A stretch of 64,000 nt of DNA, taken from Perna viridis. Taxonomy: Eukaryota. The stretch covers positions 31,533,626 to 31,597,625 of the forward strand of contig CM074516.1 of the NCBI GenBank assembly GCA_037379345.1. Reading direction: 5' to 3'. Shown here one piece after another: positions 39,001 through 54,000 of the stretch. Position 1 is the first letter of the stretch; every line of letters starts with the position of its first letter. The position numbers and the translations under genes were made by a program. The notes under the pieces are model-generated. The model had not been told where the DNA came from, did no database searches, and worked only from the letters and a program-made list of their open reading frames with translations.

Positions 39001-42000
39001 CTATACACATTGGCTCAGGTTATCAAAGAATGATTGATGCTACAGAGGTCTAGATTTGATGGAATAATGGACTGTACATAATATGAAGAGAAACATGCTA
39101 GTCTGGTCCACCGGAATTTTGACATTCTAATACTCTTAACTCGAATATTGCAGTTTCTATTTCGCCTTTCAACCATAGATACGCTCTATGATTTGTTGTA
39201 AAAGCATGTCTTACTTTTTCTAAAGGTAAAAATTCATGATATCAAAGTTATAAAAAAGCAACATTTCAGATCTTTAATACAATGATAAAAAAGTTGTCCC
39301 GTTTATTCTTTTAATTATATCTTTTATAGTTTTCATGATGCATGAAATACGACTTTCAGTATCTGCTATCTTTTGTAACCCATAGCTACAGTTTATGGTT
39401 CTCAAATGATCTTGAGTACTGTAATGTATCTTTTAATATTTGATGCTGCATTAAATACATATACTGTTAACACTCTAAATTAGTAATGATGCATGCTGCC
39501 TTTGTTTATACAGGCAACAATATACTAGCTACCTTTATTACTCTCCTTTCAAATTGTTAGTTTTCTCTTTAACATTGTATGCGCTTATGAACGTAAAATT
39601 TCAAGGCAACATTGAATGGGGAATACAAGTACACTTCCACGCATTTGCATTAGACATCCAACGTATTTCAGCTTTGACCATTGCACTTCAGAGTCTTATA
39701 TATTTATATATGAAGCCACATACCAAATTTGAAATCAATCCATCCATTGGGAAGCAAGTTAATTGTGACAAAAAGTTGGTAGGACGGATGGACAAGGTGA
39801 TTCCAATATATCACCCACTCCTTGAGTGGTGGTGTAATAAAGTTATTTCAATAAAAACACCTTACCTGAAGTTTTTGTGTACTCTACACTTTACTCTGTG
39901 GGTTCCTAACCCAAGATCTACATATCGTTCACCTCCAAATACCACATAGTACTGGAATATATAAATTGCCAATTAGTTTTAAGGAAACATTAAAATTACA
40001 AAATTATGATGGTTTTGTTCTATGATGAGCTAAAATATTTTGTTCGTGCCCAGGCAATCCCCATCTATTTTGAGGGTGCCTGCCTCATTGCTTTTTTTTC
40101 ATTAAATTTTCATTCAGTTCATGGTAATTGGATGTACCTGCATTGTAGAGATTTCATACAGGTTCTCAAGCTTTAGTTGTACAAGAGTTCGAAATAAGAC
40201 ATACTTGACTCATCGCATGGTAGAGACTTTCATACAGGTTCTCAAAGTTCAGTAGTTTAACAGTTCATGGTCATTTGATGTACCTAATTCAGAGCATTGT
40301 AGAGACTTTCATACAGGTTCTCAAGGTTTCGAAGTATAACAGTTTAAGGTCAATTGACATACCTGATTCAGGACATCATAGAAACTTTCATACAGATTCG
40401 CTAGGTTCAGCCAAACAACAGTTTATGGTAATTGGACATATCTGATTCAGAGCATCGTAGAGACTTTCATACATATTCTCGAGGTTCAGAAGTATAACAG
40501 TTTATGGTCATTAGACATACCTGATTCAAAGCACTGTAGAGACTTTCATAAAGATTCTTGAGGTTCAATAGTATAACAGTTCATGGTCATTAGGCGTACC
40601 TAATTCTCCGGGTTCAGAACGGTTTATGGTAATAAGACGTACCTAATTCAGAGCATCGTAGAGACTTTCATACAGATTCTTGACGTTCAATAGTATAACA
40701 GTTTATGGTCATTAGACATACCTGATTCTCCGGGTTCAGAACGGTTTATGGTAATAAGACGTACCTGATTCAGAGCATCATAGAGACTTTCATACAGGTT
40801 CTCGAGGTTCAGAAGTATAACAGTACTTCCTGTCTCCATACAGACTTTTATCCTGTTGATGTTTCTACACACCTATAAACATGTAATGTAATCAAAGATT
40901 GAATTTTATGTTTCATCAGTGTATAAAAACCCATTAACTGTAGCACATTGTCAATGAAGTGGGCTATCAAATCATGTCCAAAATATGTGACTTGTCAATC
41001 TTTAACAAGCTAATGAAACATTAAAAATGAATATTCAATTTTATCATTATATTGATATGCTTCTTTTATCTTGTTTCATTGTATCAAAGCATCTGTTATT
41101 CTATTTTTAAAAATACATAGAAAATAGGCATTATACAATAATCAAAAAAAGCTGAACAGTTATTGTGTAGGAATGACGTATATAAATAGCTATAATTGGG
41201 GTACTTCACTTTTCTCTTATAATGTTAATATGATTTTAGGCCATACCTATGATGGACGGAGCTCAATGTCATTATTAAAGGAAAAAATATCTCCTCCGCA
41301 CTTGTGGAATCATCTACTTCCGTGTCGACAAATTTTATCACTTCAATCAGAATATTTTTTAGCCATTCACAGTTCTGGTTTTACTCTACATATATAGAAC
41401 TTCCTGACACTCCGTCCATAGTTTAAGACAAGAAATTTGAAGAACAAATCAAAACTAAAAGTAAATCTAATGATGTCATTCCAGTTTCCATGACTACACT
41501 ATCAAAGTACCATTTGTTTACAAAGTCTTCTCCATTTACCTGTGTGTGTCTATTTACCTGTGTGTATTCCTGATCTTTAGGGAAGCTGCTACCAAATATG
41601 ACCTGTACATTATCCATTGTGAATATCTTCTGTTGTAAGACAGTTAATGCACCATAGTTCTCTGTCAGTAGTAACAAATATCTACTCTCACTGAAAACAA
41701 AGTTATATCAATTATAGTATTCTTTCCACTCAAATCAGGAGTACCTTGTTTGTTGTTTGTATAACATTAACTACAGATATGTGACTCATTTAGATTCTAG
41801 AAGTATGAAATATTTGAGGACTATAAAGGAAAATTTGACTTGGTATGCTTCTCATTCAAGCTACACTTTTATACTGAGCATCGCATGCAAGGCTAATGAT
41901 TGACATTCAGTCAAACAGGAATAGGTATCTGACAGGTCTGCAGAAATGGGTCAGGGAAGTGAATTCAAAGTGAAAAAAGCCCTTTAATTGGTTTAAAATT

Positions 42001-45000
42001 AGATATGCAATTCAAGAACAAAGAAAAAATGAAAAAGAATAATTTACAGTATCCAGATTCTGTCTACTGAATTGTTATTTTTTTTTAAATGGCCAACCGA
42101 ACGTCCCTTTTTTTCAATGATTTTACAAATGTAAGAAAAATGTATCAGTGTCATGTTCTGTTGCAGGCTGTGCCTAACTCATATTAACCTAAGACTGTAA
42201 ATGTGTATATTGGTATGACACAAGACCTCTCCGCAAAAGTTGATCCCTGAACATTCAGGATAATAATGGCCTCCAAGCATGACAGATTAAGCAAAGGGGC
42301 CATATAAATATCCCAATACAGAGTTTAGAAGTCTATAAAGGAGAAATTTATCAATTATCAGGTCACTATGTTTTCCTAATAGGAGTAATTTCTTTGTAAT
42401 AAAACCAAAATTGAAAGGTCACTTCACTTTAACAGTAACTTATACTTTCTTTCTTTTTTGATAAGCTTTATATACAGTTTAGACAATTCCCCCCCCCATA
42501 TTCATATAAAAAGAATAAAAAGACAATACCTGTTAGATTCTTTTTCTACATTAGTTGACTTTTTGTCTCCAGTAAGACAGGCTTGGATCATACCAGATGA
42601 TGTACAGTCAGGGTCATCTGGTCTCTGTAAACACATAAAAGCAATATAACTCTAACATCCACTGAGTATATCACATTCAAATATCACAAAATTTTCTCAC
42701 AGTTTAATTTAAGCCTAAAAATTTTACAAGTAAATCAATAAAAAAAAATGATGACATCAAAGTTATACAAACAAAATTTTTTAATGAGTTGATCCACAAA
42801 ATATTTTATACAATCACAAAATATAATATTTCTGAAATAAAGCTTTCAGGAAATAATCTTCTCAAATGTAGAAAATTCCTAAAACTGACCTTTTCGGTTA
42901 TATCAACAAGGTGAGATAATTTCTGGAAGAATATTTCAACAGGTTTAACATCCTCCAAACCACCAAAGTTTCTCAAAATACAATGTTCTAACTGAGCCCA
43001 CGATGGTTTCTTCTTAGATGTGTGTACAAAGCCGTACAGCATCTTTAGCAAGCTAAGAAAATACAAAATAAAAATATACCATATTTTCTGAACTATAAGT
43101 GGATGAAGAGTTCAAGTCAAATTGCCTAATTTTGACCAAAATCTACAAAAAAAAAACATAGATAAGTAAAGGTCAGACGTTTGCATTTATATGGTAGGTG
43201 TCAGCGGAGATCCAAGCTGAGCACTTTGTTTTTCACAGCATATTATTCAAGCAATATATAACTTAGTAGTGAATGTTACTTTGTATAGTATTTCTGAATT
43301 AAATGAATATTTGTATTTTTGTTAAAGTGTACTTAGTCTGTGAGTTCAATCATTTTTATTGAATTGCATGTCAATTACTCTTTAACTGAATATAATTTGA
43401 GCCATATGCAAATGTGTAATGAAATACTGTAAATGGGTATACATTTGCATATTAAAGGACCAATAACTCTGGAACACTTAATAATGTCTTACCAGTAAAA
43501 AGAGTTTTGTAAACATATTTTTTGGAGTATGTTTACATATTTTTCAATATTTTTATTAACATCTTCATATTCATTTATAAAGAATAGTGGCACTGATCAA
43601 TAAACTTCAAGTCTGATTGCCAGTTTGACTGTACAAGTGACGGCTTTTGTTGATTGTAGTTTACCCAAAATTTTGAACGAAAGCAATTAAAAATGAACTA
43701 ACCAAATCTAATAAAATGCATTGTAGATGAACATTTTTTCTTGAAAAATCCTTGTTGTTGAAGTGGACAATAAGTCAAGCCTGGCCATTTCTTGAAAAAA
43801 AATATCAACTTATAGTCTGGAAAATAAAGTGAATGTACATAATATAGACAGCAAGGAAACTTTTCTGCCTACAACTTTATAGTGAGGGCATTAAAAATAC
43901 ATCAAAATATATCTAATGAGCCACCTGTAGAAGTCTCTCAGTCCAAAGAACTCTCTCATCTGGTCAGAGGCCTTCTTGAACAATTCCAAGTAAGAATCAG
44001 CCATTAGTGGTATCATATTTCGGATTAACTTCAATACCTTCTTACTAGTTGAACAGATACCCCTGAAAGGACAGAAGAAATATCATGCATTTCAGTTTTG
44101 GGAAAACCTGTTTTTCAGCATTAACATTTTATGAACAAAAAGATATTGCATAAATTATTTAAATGATGGGAAATAAGCCTTAAAACAAATGATGTGTCAA
44201 AATGTGAAAATAAAAACATGAATACTAAGACTAGTTCTAACTTCTCAAATCATACCAATCACTCTGAAAGATACAATAACTTGCTAAAATAGAGTTGGTC
44301 AAAAAACATAAAAAGAAAGCATCAGTGGTGATTTTACAAAATGTCATAAGTATATATGATACTTATTGTAGAGTTACAATCCTTCTACCATTGGGTTTGA
44401 CAACAGAAACCTAATTTTTTAATGAACATTGTATCTGATATTCAATACTACTTGATATAATATGATATACTTACTCAGCACTTTCAGTTAGTTCCTTTAT
44501 ATCAGGGACTTCTCTCTGGACCAGTATACCTCTGTTCATCTTCGCTGGATCTAATGCCCAATTAGAGATTCCAATGAATGCAACCTGAAATTAACAAGTT
44601 AAAGTATTCAAAATACATTTAAAAAGTTGTGCTTCAAATATGGCTTCTTTTTTCTTTCACAGTTTTAAAATGTATCAATAAACAAATTTCATTAGGTAAA
44701 ATTGATTACTATAAAACCATTTTCTAAAAAATAGGCCAAGGACAGAAATAGCCAGGATGTCCTAAACAGGAAGTAGAAGTGTAACAGACCTGAAACTGCA
44801 TCCCATGATATGGAACCCATACTGAAGTTGCATACCAAATATCAACTGGCTGTGATTTGTAGTTGCAGAGAAAATTGTTACAGAAATATTTTCCCTACCC
44901 GCCCACACAACTTGCCAAAAATAGCTGTGCTTAATTTAATACTCAATCTTCATAATGGACACAATTTTAAAGCATAAATAAGTTAAACCATGGCCCAACT

Positions 45001-48000
45001 TCTTACTTCTGAAAATAATATCATTATTTATAGGTTCACCAAACAAACATGCAAAGGTTGGAAGAGCCATATTGTTTTTGTTGCCAACATTTTTAATAGT
45101 TTAACTGTATCCAGTTTGTCCCATTAGTGATTTAAGAACGAATGAAAATAGTAAGGAGGTTGGGAAAATGCTTATATTGTAGAGAGTAAAGTGACCAGAA
45201 ATATTTCAACAGAATTCAACTAATCTGTTTTGACTAGTACTACTTTCCTCATCACAGATAAAATTCTTGTTACGCATTTTCATCAAAACATGACTTTCTG
45301 AAATATTTAATGTTATTTAGTAAGCTGACAAAAATTTCCCGCTTCTCACATTTTTTAACTGCATGATTCTTGAATGAACCTGTACTTTGTGTCATAATAC
45401 ATGTACTTTCCAAATTAAATAACCATGATATTTGTTATTTATACAGCACCTTTTTGTATTTTTCTGGTTCTTCATCATCAGGACAACCATCTTCTAATAA
45501 GGGATGTAATGTCTAAAACACAAACCAAAACAAATCATTCATTTTCGGAAGACATATATTTTAAACCAATTTAAAGTCAGGTGAAAAGCACAGATCTCCA
45601 TGCAACACAATGTAAACTTAATTGATAAAAACAACATCAAAAACAAAGTTTAACATTCTTCCAATCAAGAAATAACTTATTTCTACTTGTAACAATAGAT
45701 ATCAATAGACACATGCAATTCGCACATTTCAGTAATATAAACCTCATACCTTCAATGGCATTCTAGGAGAGTCCTCTGCCAGACCTATTTCATCCAGTAC
45801 TACAATGGACACAAATCTACCCAGATCTTTATCTTTCTGGTAGGCTGCACATTGTCTGAAAGTTCCTACAATACCTTCTGGTACAGATATAGGACTACAC
45901 TGGTATGATACCATCTGGGCCTGAAAAAGAACAAAACAACATGACCATATATCAACATTCTGAATCTAATTTTAAATGGCTGTATACATACTTGTATATA
46001 ATGACATTTTAAAAAAGAGGAATAACTTAAAGTATTCATCTTGACTTGAATATACAACCCTGTGACTTGTATTTCTAGCATTTGATCTTGAAAGTCAATA
46101 GGATTCCAAATAGTCTAAGGACTTTAAAAATAAATATGTGCCAATGTTTGGTAAAATACTTTTATGATCTTAGTTCTAATATATTGATAAGAATGTTATG
46201 AATGGAAAGACAGTAATATTATAATTTCAAAATCACAACTACTATAAACCAATCCATTTTTACAAATTTTAGAATGTAAATTGAATTTCATGTCTATTTA
46301 AGTAGCAGTCATTCTACAGGAAGTGATTCATGCATGTCAAAACCCCACCGAATTCAGCTTTATTTCTAGTTCAGAAACAGAAACTGATCACATAATCAGT
46401 CTTGGTTTTTCATTTGGTTGTTGCGCTTTTGAGATAAAAATTGTATAGATTGTACATGAAATTTGCCCTTTGCAAGAGTTATTGTTCTTGATTTGGCTTC
46501 ATTTCGTTGATTTTTGTTGGAGATGAATGAATGATTTTCTAAACAGTGCAAATCTAAATGCATAAAAGGTTGTTGTTATATGACTGTGTAGCATATTTAG
46601 ACTTAAAAAGCATCGCTTGTTTGGTGGGTTTTTCTTGACCATGAATCACTTTACCATTGGCAGTGTCTGAATTTTATGTTGAATGGTACTTAACTTCACA
46701 ATTATCACTTAGCTCAATTTGTATATCTATTTTTAATCAGGAAATTAGTCAAAATTAATAGCTAACAAAAATAAGTCCTATTTTTAATAGCACTACCATA
46801 TTCAACAACTCTAAATTGTGTAGATAATTTTATATCAATCAAAATGTTCATCTTTTTAAAACATACTTGTTTATAGTTTTTGAAGAGATCATTATGAGCA
46901 GCATTGCCTTGCATGGCATCAGCTACGATAGTCTTGGCCAGAGATTTAGAACTGCCAGGTTTCCCGACCAGGAACATTGGTATTCTTAATTCTATACACA
47001 CAATCATCATAAATACATTCTCCTTCAATGCCTGGTTCTTGGCAATATTTGGAGCTAATTCCACACTGTCCAAAAATACCTCTTGACATCTGAAGTGACA
47101 AAATATGTTCTTTTTTTTATAACAGAAGTGTTGCAGTATTTCAATGCTTGAAAAAATACATATTTTTCATTTAGAATTCAAGAAGACAAAACTGTACAAA
47201 AACAAGAATAAAACAATAATGTAATGAGAAATATTCATCAAATCAATATACCATTATTTGTTCACAAACAATAAGAATGCATTTATCCATATTATTAATT
47301 TAAAAAAAAAAACATTCCGTAAGTATTAAGCTCCCTTTTTGGGAGGTTATCTCTCAACAAGTTATTTTGTATAACCTTAACTTGTAAAGTCTATGATTTA
47401 CACATCCAACCATGCTTGCCATTTATGTATACACTTCATGGCTCATGAAGTGCCTAAAATTTGAATAGTTGGCATTATTTAGATATTTTTGTATTACCTG
47501 TCAATTTCCTTGGCTATTGTATCTGCTCCTTCAGGTAAATGTAATGGAGGTACAAAGAAAGCTGCTACTGTTTCTCTGTATTGTTCCCTGTTTTTCAGAC
47601 AAGCATGGTAACATACTCCTAAAGCCAACACGAGGGACCGTGTCACATCATCTACCTCCTGAAGGAAATACATACTTAAAATATATGGTAAAAATTTATT
47701 TCTACCCAATGATCAATATCTACCTAATAGAATTAAGTATTAATCTAAGGATAATATATGGCTTGCCAACAAGTGTATAAGTTCTAAAATATCTATTGCA
47801 CTTTCAAGACCAATATTTTCAACATTTGCAAATAAACTCTATTTGCAAATACACTCTAACTGCTACCAATGAAACAAACAGGTAAGCCATTTGTACATTT
47901 GTTGTGCAATAAATATTTGCAAAATTGTGGCATGGTGTTACCATGGAAATAATGAATATTATTGTTTTTGATATTTATCATGCCCAATTTATCAGCAGTT

Positions 48001-51000
48001 ATAAAGTTGAGATAAAAAATATTACAGTGTCACAGACTTGCCAGGGTGAGATGTGATACTCTGTTGAGATCATGGGTCCAGAAACAGTAAAAAATGCAGG
48101 TCATTGACCGAGAAATTTTGCAAATGTCCGACGACCATTTTCCAATATCAGACATAAACAATAGTTAATCCTTATAAATTTCAGTCTGCATGGTTTTATT
48201 AGTGTATAAACATACTGTCTACCTGTCTCCTAATTGTTTATTGGAAATTAATTGACAGGTGCGTGTCAATTTTAGCCAATGTGCAGCCACCTGTGACTGT
48301 GATTTACCTGTAACTGATTAGTTGATTGCATAATTGAATTAACGGTACACGTGCAGCCCCATTACATAAACGAACTAGACATCATTAAGATGGGAACCAT
48401 CTCTGTAGGCCCTGCCATCAATGGTTCTCAAGAAATAGAGCGGACACAATCTGTTAAGAATGGATGGATGGACAGCTGGACCAACAGACGGACCTTTGAC
48501 CTAGGAAGTTGTACAAACATTATGACATACCCTCTGGTGTTGGTTAATATACATGTCAAGTATAAACTTTGAAATCATAATGGTTTTCAAGATATAGAGC
48601 GGACAGGATCTTTACCACAGGACATGGTGTTGTCAACTGAAACCAAAGTTTTTGACCTAAACCTTTGAAATAGGAAGTTGTACATACATTATGACACACC
48701 CTCTGGTGTTGGTTAATATACGTGTCAAGTATAAACTTTGAAATCATAATGGTTCTCAAGATATAGAGTGGACACAATCTTTATCACAGGACATGGGGTT
48801 GTCAACTGAAACCAAAATTTTTTTTACCTTCACCTTTGACCTAGGAAGTTGTCCATACATTATGACACACTCTCTGGAGTTGGTTAATATACATTTTAAG
48901 TACAAAGTATGAAATCATAACAGTTCTCTAGATATAGAGCGGACACGAATTTGTTACGGACAGACGGACGGACGAACGTCGCGACAGACTAATCACTATA
49001 GGGGAACCCGCCTAAGGCGGGGCCTTAATTAATTGAAGTGACTCAGACAATTTTCATTCATTTATTACTTGATTTATTAAGAAAAAGATTGAGCTGTCCA
49101 TTGATCATTTTCCCGCCGATCTTTCAGAGATAACAAAAGCACATATGTAGCTGAAACTACGAATCAATTGTAGTTTGTAATTATTAATTTGCCGATTGAA
49201 TCTTTTTCACACAGAATTCAACAGCCCATTTAAATCAATAAACATAATGTATTCGAGACTTTCTTATATAAATTATCAACTTTTTTTCATCAATCGGAAG
49301 TTTTCGGATGGAAAAGTCTGAGAGATAAGATGTTTTGTTTACATGTTGGAACGTTCATGTGTGGTCGAAACCAAACTCGTTTACTTGTTCAGATATTTTA
49401 TAAAAGACAGAGTATGTGATGAAATAACACAAATTCTAATATTTATCTTAAAATAACTGCATGTCCATGAACAAGTTTTTTATTAAAAGGTTTTTCGATC
49501 TGAGCAAGGCTGAAGTTTGATAAAATGACTAGCATGGGCTGTCAAAATTTCAAGATCCTTGGTTGAGATGTTCAAAACTAACTTCATTTATTCATTCATG
49601 GATGACATCACAGTCAATTTGACATAGGGTTGTCATTGGAACTTGCTGATACTTTTTTATATCATAGCAGTAGCTTGGAGTATAAAATATAAGGCAGTAA
49701 GAACAATGCAAAATTGATATATATGCTGATAAAAACCTGTAATTCTCCGGTTTCCATCATTTCTTCATCCTCTTGTTCACTATCAGAATCCTCAGATTCA
49801 TCTCTCATTGTCCTGAACAGGAGGTTATCCTCTTCACTCTGTTCGTAGAACCAACTCATCACCTGCAAGACTCTCTCTACATCTCTCAGACTCACAAAAC
49901 TACACTCATCCTGAAAATTACATTGTACAAAAAAGATGACAGATATGTGGATATTAGACACAGTACATGTACAACCTTAAAAGCATGGAGAAAGAGGACA
50001 AAGACTTGTTACTACAAAAAATGATAGTTTATTGCAATTTCAAAATATCTAACATTTCAGAACCCAAACATGAACTATACCTATGAGTGAGCTTACCACT
50101 AAATTAAGCTGGCAACATGTAAAACCCTAAAATTGGATCATCTCCCTTTCAAGGTATCTCAATGCTCTACCTTTTTTTTTGTCCAAAATCTGTTGAAAAG
50201 CTTAGGAGGGATTAAGTTTACAGGTAATCACTTAAGCTAACTGATGGAAGAACAAGATGCGAAGTACAGATGCCTTCAATTTTATGTGTATTCTGTAGTA
50301 GTTAATTGGTTAGTGAGGTATTTATGATGATAATTACCTCAATCAGGCAACTTACATGTTGGGCTCTCATGAAGTCTTGTGATACAGTCAGTATCTTACT
50401 AACAGCTGTGTCAAGTCCTGGACTGTTAGGTAATTGTCCATTATTTATCTATAAACAAAATCAGATACTACTGACTCTCAGCCATAAGATTTGACTATTC
50501 ATACCTCTTGTATACAGAAAACTGTGTATTTCAATTTAAAGTTGATTTTCATTACTCTAAGGTGCCACAAAACCTGAGTAACTTAAGTTTGATAGTCTTT
50601 TCCATTGTATGTACAGTTTGTATGTCATAAAATACCAAAACTTTGATTGGAGGTACCATGGAAGTAAAGAATATTTTAATATACTTTAAGTTTTGCGGAG
50701 GCACAGCATGTTCTCAAGATGACTAAGTCAACAAAAAACTGTGATATAATCAATGATAGGTAACTACATACATATCTGAGGACCATCTGTCTGATATACA
50801 TCTCCTCCACAGTGGTATTCAGCTGACCAAAGTCCCAGACCAAAGGTAGCATACTCTGGGGTAGGGACTGCACTCTGTATACTAGGTGTCTCATTGGAAC
50901 ATGACCTGGCAATTAAATAGGAATCTTCTTAGTTTAGTTTAAAACAACTTTAACTAATTTCATTTGCTCAGAGAATTAACGGGGATATTAAACAACCTGG

Positions 51001-54000
51001 TCTTCTCTACTTCAATATACTTGAATATAAACACAGAAGCATGCAACAATTGAACAATCATTATAAATGGACATTTACCTATGAAAACCTTCTTGCATAA
51101 CAAAGACAAATGTTGACGGCTGTAAAATGTAGCATAAGAATATATGAAACATCTTATGCATGTACATTTCCTACTGAACAGATATCTTCCACGGGTAAGA
51201 TGAACTCTAGACATTGCCATCAACGACAATATTTGTATATATAAATACAAATCATAGATTACAATGAGTAAAATGAGTAAAGAAAATGAAAAAAATGACA
51301 TAAGAGAACACATCTTAAAAAACCAACAAAAGCTACCTAAATAAATAAGTTGATGACCCATAAACAATTAGCTTTAGCACTGAATCATATTTTAAACATA
51401 TTTGGTCAATAAACCATGTTTTACCAAGTTTGTCTGTTGTATCTTTAGCACTGACATGATAACCAAGTCCTGCCTGTTCTAATCTCTTGATCAGATCATC
51501 TGAATGCCTGAAAGAAAATGATTACTGATAACTGAAGAAACATCTAAGTCCTGGGTTCAAATTGTGTGGTACAAATGTATTTGATCAAAAACTTAGTTCT
51601 TTGGGTTTTTTACATTGAGAAAATTTTATTCTTATCTAAATTAAATAAAAATTCATTGACATTTTGCATTCTGCTTATATTTCTTATCCACTAACTTGAA
51701 GAAATCAAATTTCACTTTGAAATAATAAAAAAATTCTTTTCAAAGTATATTTCACTAGTAAATACTTACTTTCTATAAGGATTGCATGCAGCCACAATTT
51801 TCAATTTCTCATGAAGTTTAATGGGCTTTCCTCCAAGTGATTTATCACACATTATTTCCTTAATGACACCAACGGCCTCTGTTGTATTGGCCTCATCAAA
51901 GAACAACACAGTGTCCATGTTCTTGTAGTCAGTGGCCTGGAACTGTTCAGCATTTTTGGTGGCTATTGCTTCTGCCTTCTTAACCTTCCTGATGATATCT
52001 GAAGCCTTGGTACCTCCATGGACCTAATTTTTATAAAATACCACTCAAAATATTACAGTGCCAAACCACATGAAAAAGTTGAATACATAATTTCAAGTCA
52101 TATAGTACACTACAGAATTTCCATTCATATTTCAAAGCTTATACTTTCATGTTCAGTTTTTCATAAATTGTCATCAGTGGCTCTGAATTGCATATTTTAT
52201 ATAAATCCACATATATACATGTATAAAAATGGTAACAGTAATTGTAATCAGATCCTGCAGCAAAGTATAAACAGCATGATTGTTAGAAGATGTAGGCAAT
52301 TATAATTCAAATAACCGAGTCACTCAATGTTATCATCTTTTATGAGACTTAGGGTTGAGACTCAAACTGTACTGAAACACTTTTATTCAGTAACTGTTCG
52401 GTTAGAGCAGTCAAACTGCATTAACTTTAAGTGTACTATTTGTAACTTTATATCCATGGATATCACAAACATGTTACATGGGTTATTCACACTTTTTTCT
52501 GGCTTCAATTTTTCTTCTTCAAAATTTGCTGCTGCAATATATAGACAATAACAGTGTAGACAAAACTTTGTCTCACACCAATAAAAATGCTTGGCAGATC
52601 CTTGTCTTTTGTTACAGTTATATTATTTTACCATTTTTTGTCCGTCAGTGCAATTAAACTTGCTATATATAAGGTGTTAAATTTAAGTAGCTAGCTGTCT
52701 TTGTAAGAATCATGCTAACTCTGAGAAAAAGGCTACATATTTTTATTTTTGTAATTAAGTTGTTTTGTGGGTCTATATTACGAAATGTGTAATTATTCAT
52801 TCAAATCTGTCTGCTCTTAGGAGATAATCAACATTGAAAATCCAATAGACTCTATTGTATTTGAGTGTCATTTACAGAGTTATCTCCCTTACTTTTGAAT
52901 TCTACAGTACATTCTATACATTTTTCATCTCCTATGAGCACAGTTATATGAAAAACCAAATTTTAATTTATGTTTACTAGAGCATTTTAAACAAGATATC
53001 AAAAATAAAAATATGTAGGCTTTCCAACCATATATCACATTTTGCATGATTCTTAGCTGGAGTGCTACTTAACCACTCAAATAAAAGAAAACCAACATTA
53101 AGTTACAATGAAACAGACCTTCATTAGTATCATATTTTCTACATTTACACCTGGAGGTTGTTGTAAGGCACACATGAATTTAATCAGCCTGGTCTTCCCA
53201 CAACCTGTTTCCCCCATGATAATCACAGGAATGTCACATCTAAAAGAGTAATCAAGGGAACCAAGGTTACAGCATACTTGTATTCCATGTTATTATACAT
53301 TTAAGAAATTATGTACAGCGAAAAAATTGATAAAGACAAAATTTTATACTTGTACGAAATAATTCAAGAAAATCAATTATCTAGAGGTTGCTAGTCAAGA
53401 AAAATGTAGATTAAAGCACACATAAATTCTCAGTTACAACAGAAAGAAGACTTTAACATTCTTTTAGTAAAACCAAAACATCGCAATTTTGTACCACAAA
53501 GAAAGCCATTATAAAAAAAATATGTCTATTGACGTTTACACAACATGATTTCAATTAGAAGGAACCCTTATACAAACAATTTTCTGATAAAAAAAAATGT
53601 AAATCTAAAAAGGCAAATATTGCTTACATGAAATTCACTTGAAATTTACTTTTTAAGAACTTAATGAGAAAAATTAATGTCATGTGAATGCTTTATTCAT
53701 GTAAATTTTATTTGAAAGAAGTCACAAACTTCATTAGATTGATTCAGGTGAAAAAAAATGTTAAAATCATGTGAAATAATTTTGCCTGTGTAATAAATAA
53801 TAAAAATCAAGTTGTATGTACCTGAATCTCATGTAGATAGCCAGTATTTTCTTGACATTATCTGTGGTCAGTTCATATGTTGGGTCGGGATCATGTATCA
53901 CTTCTAATCCCATTACATTACACAGCTTGGTCACCTTATCTAGTCTAAAATACATAACTGAAAATTTAAAATGCTGAATAGCTATCAAATCTGTTTTTTT

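Noticed and set aside
48351-48777. ORFs within the nested element as transposase or Rep-helicase
   Set aside because: Short, no catalytic motifs; they lie in satellite-like units of a non-autonomous element.
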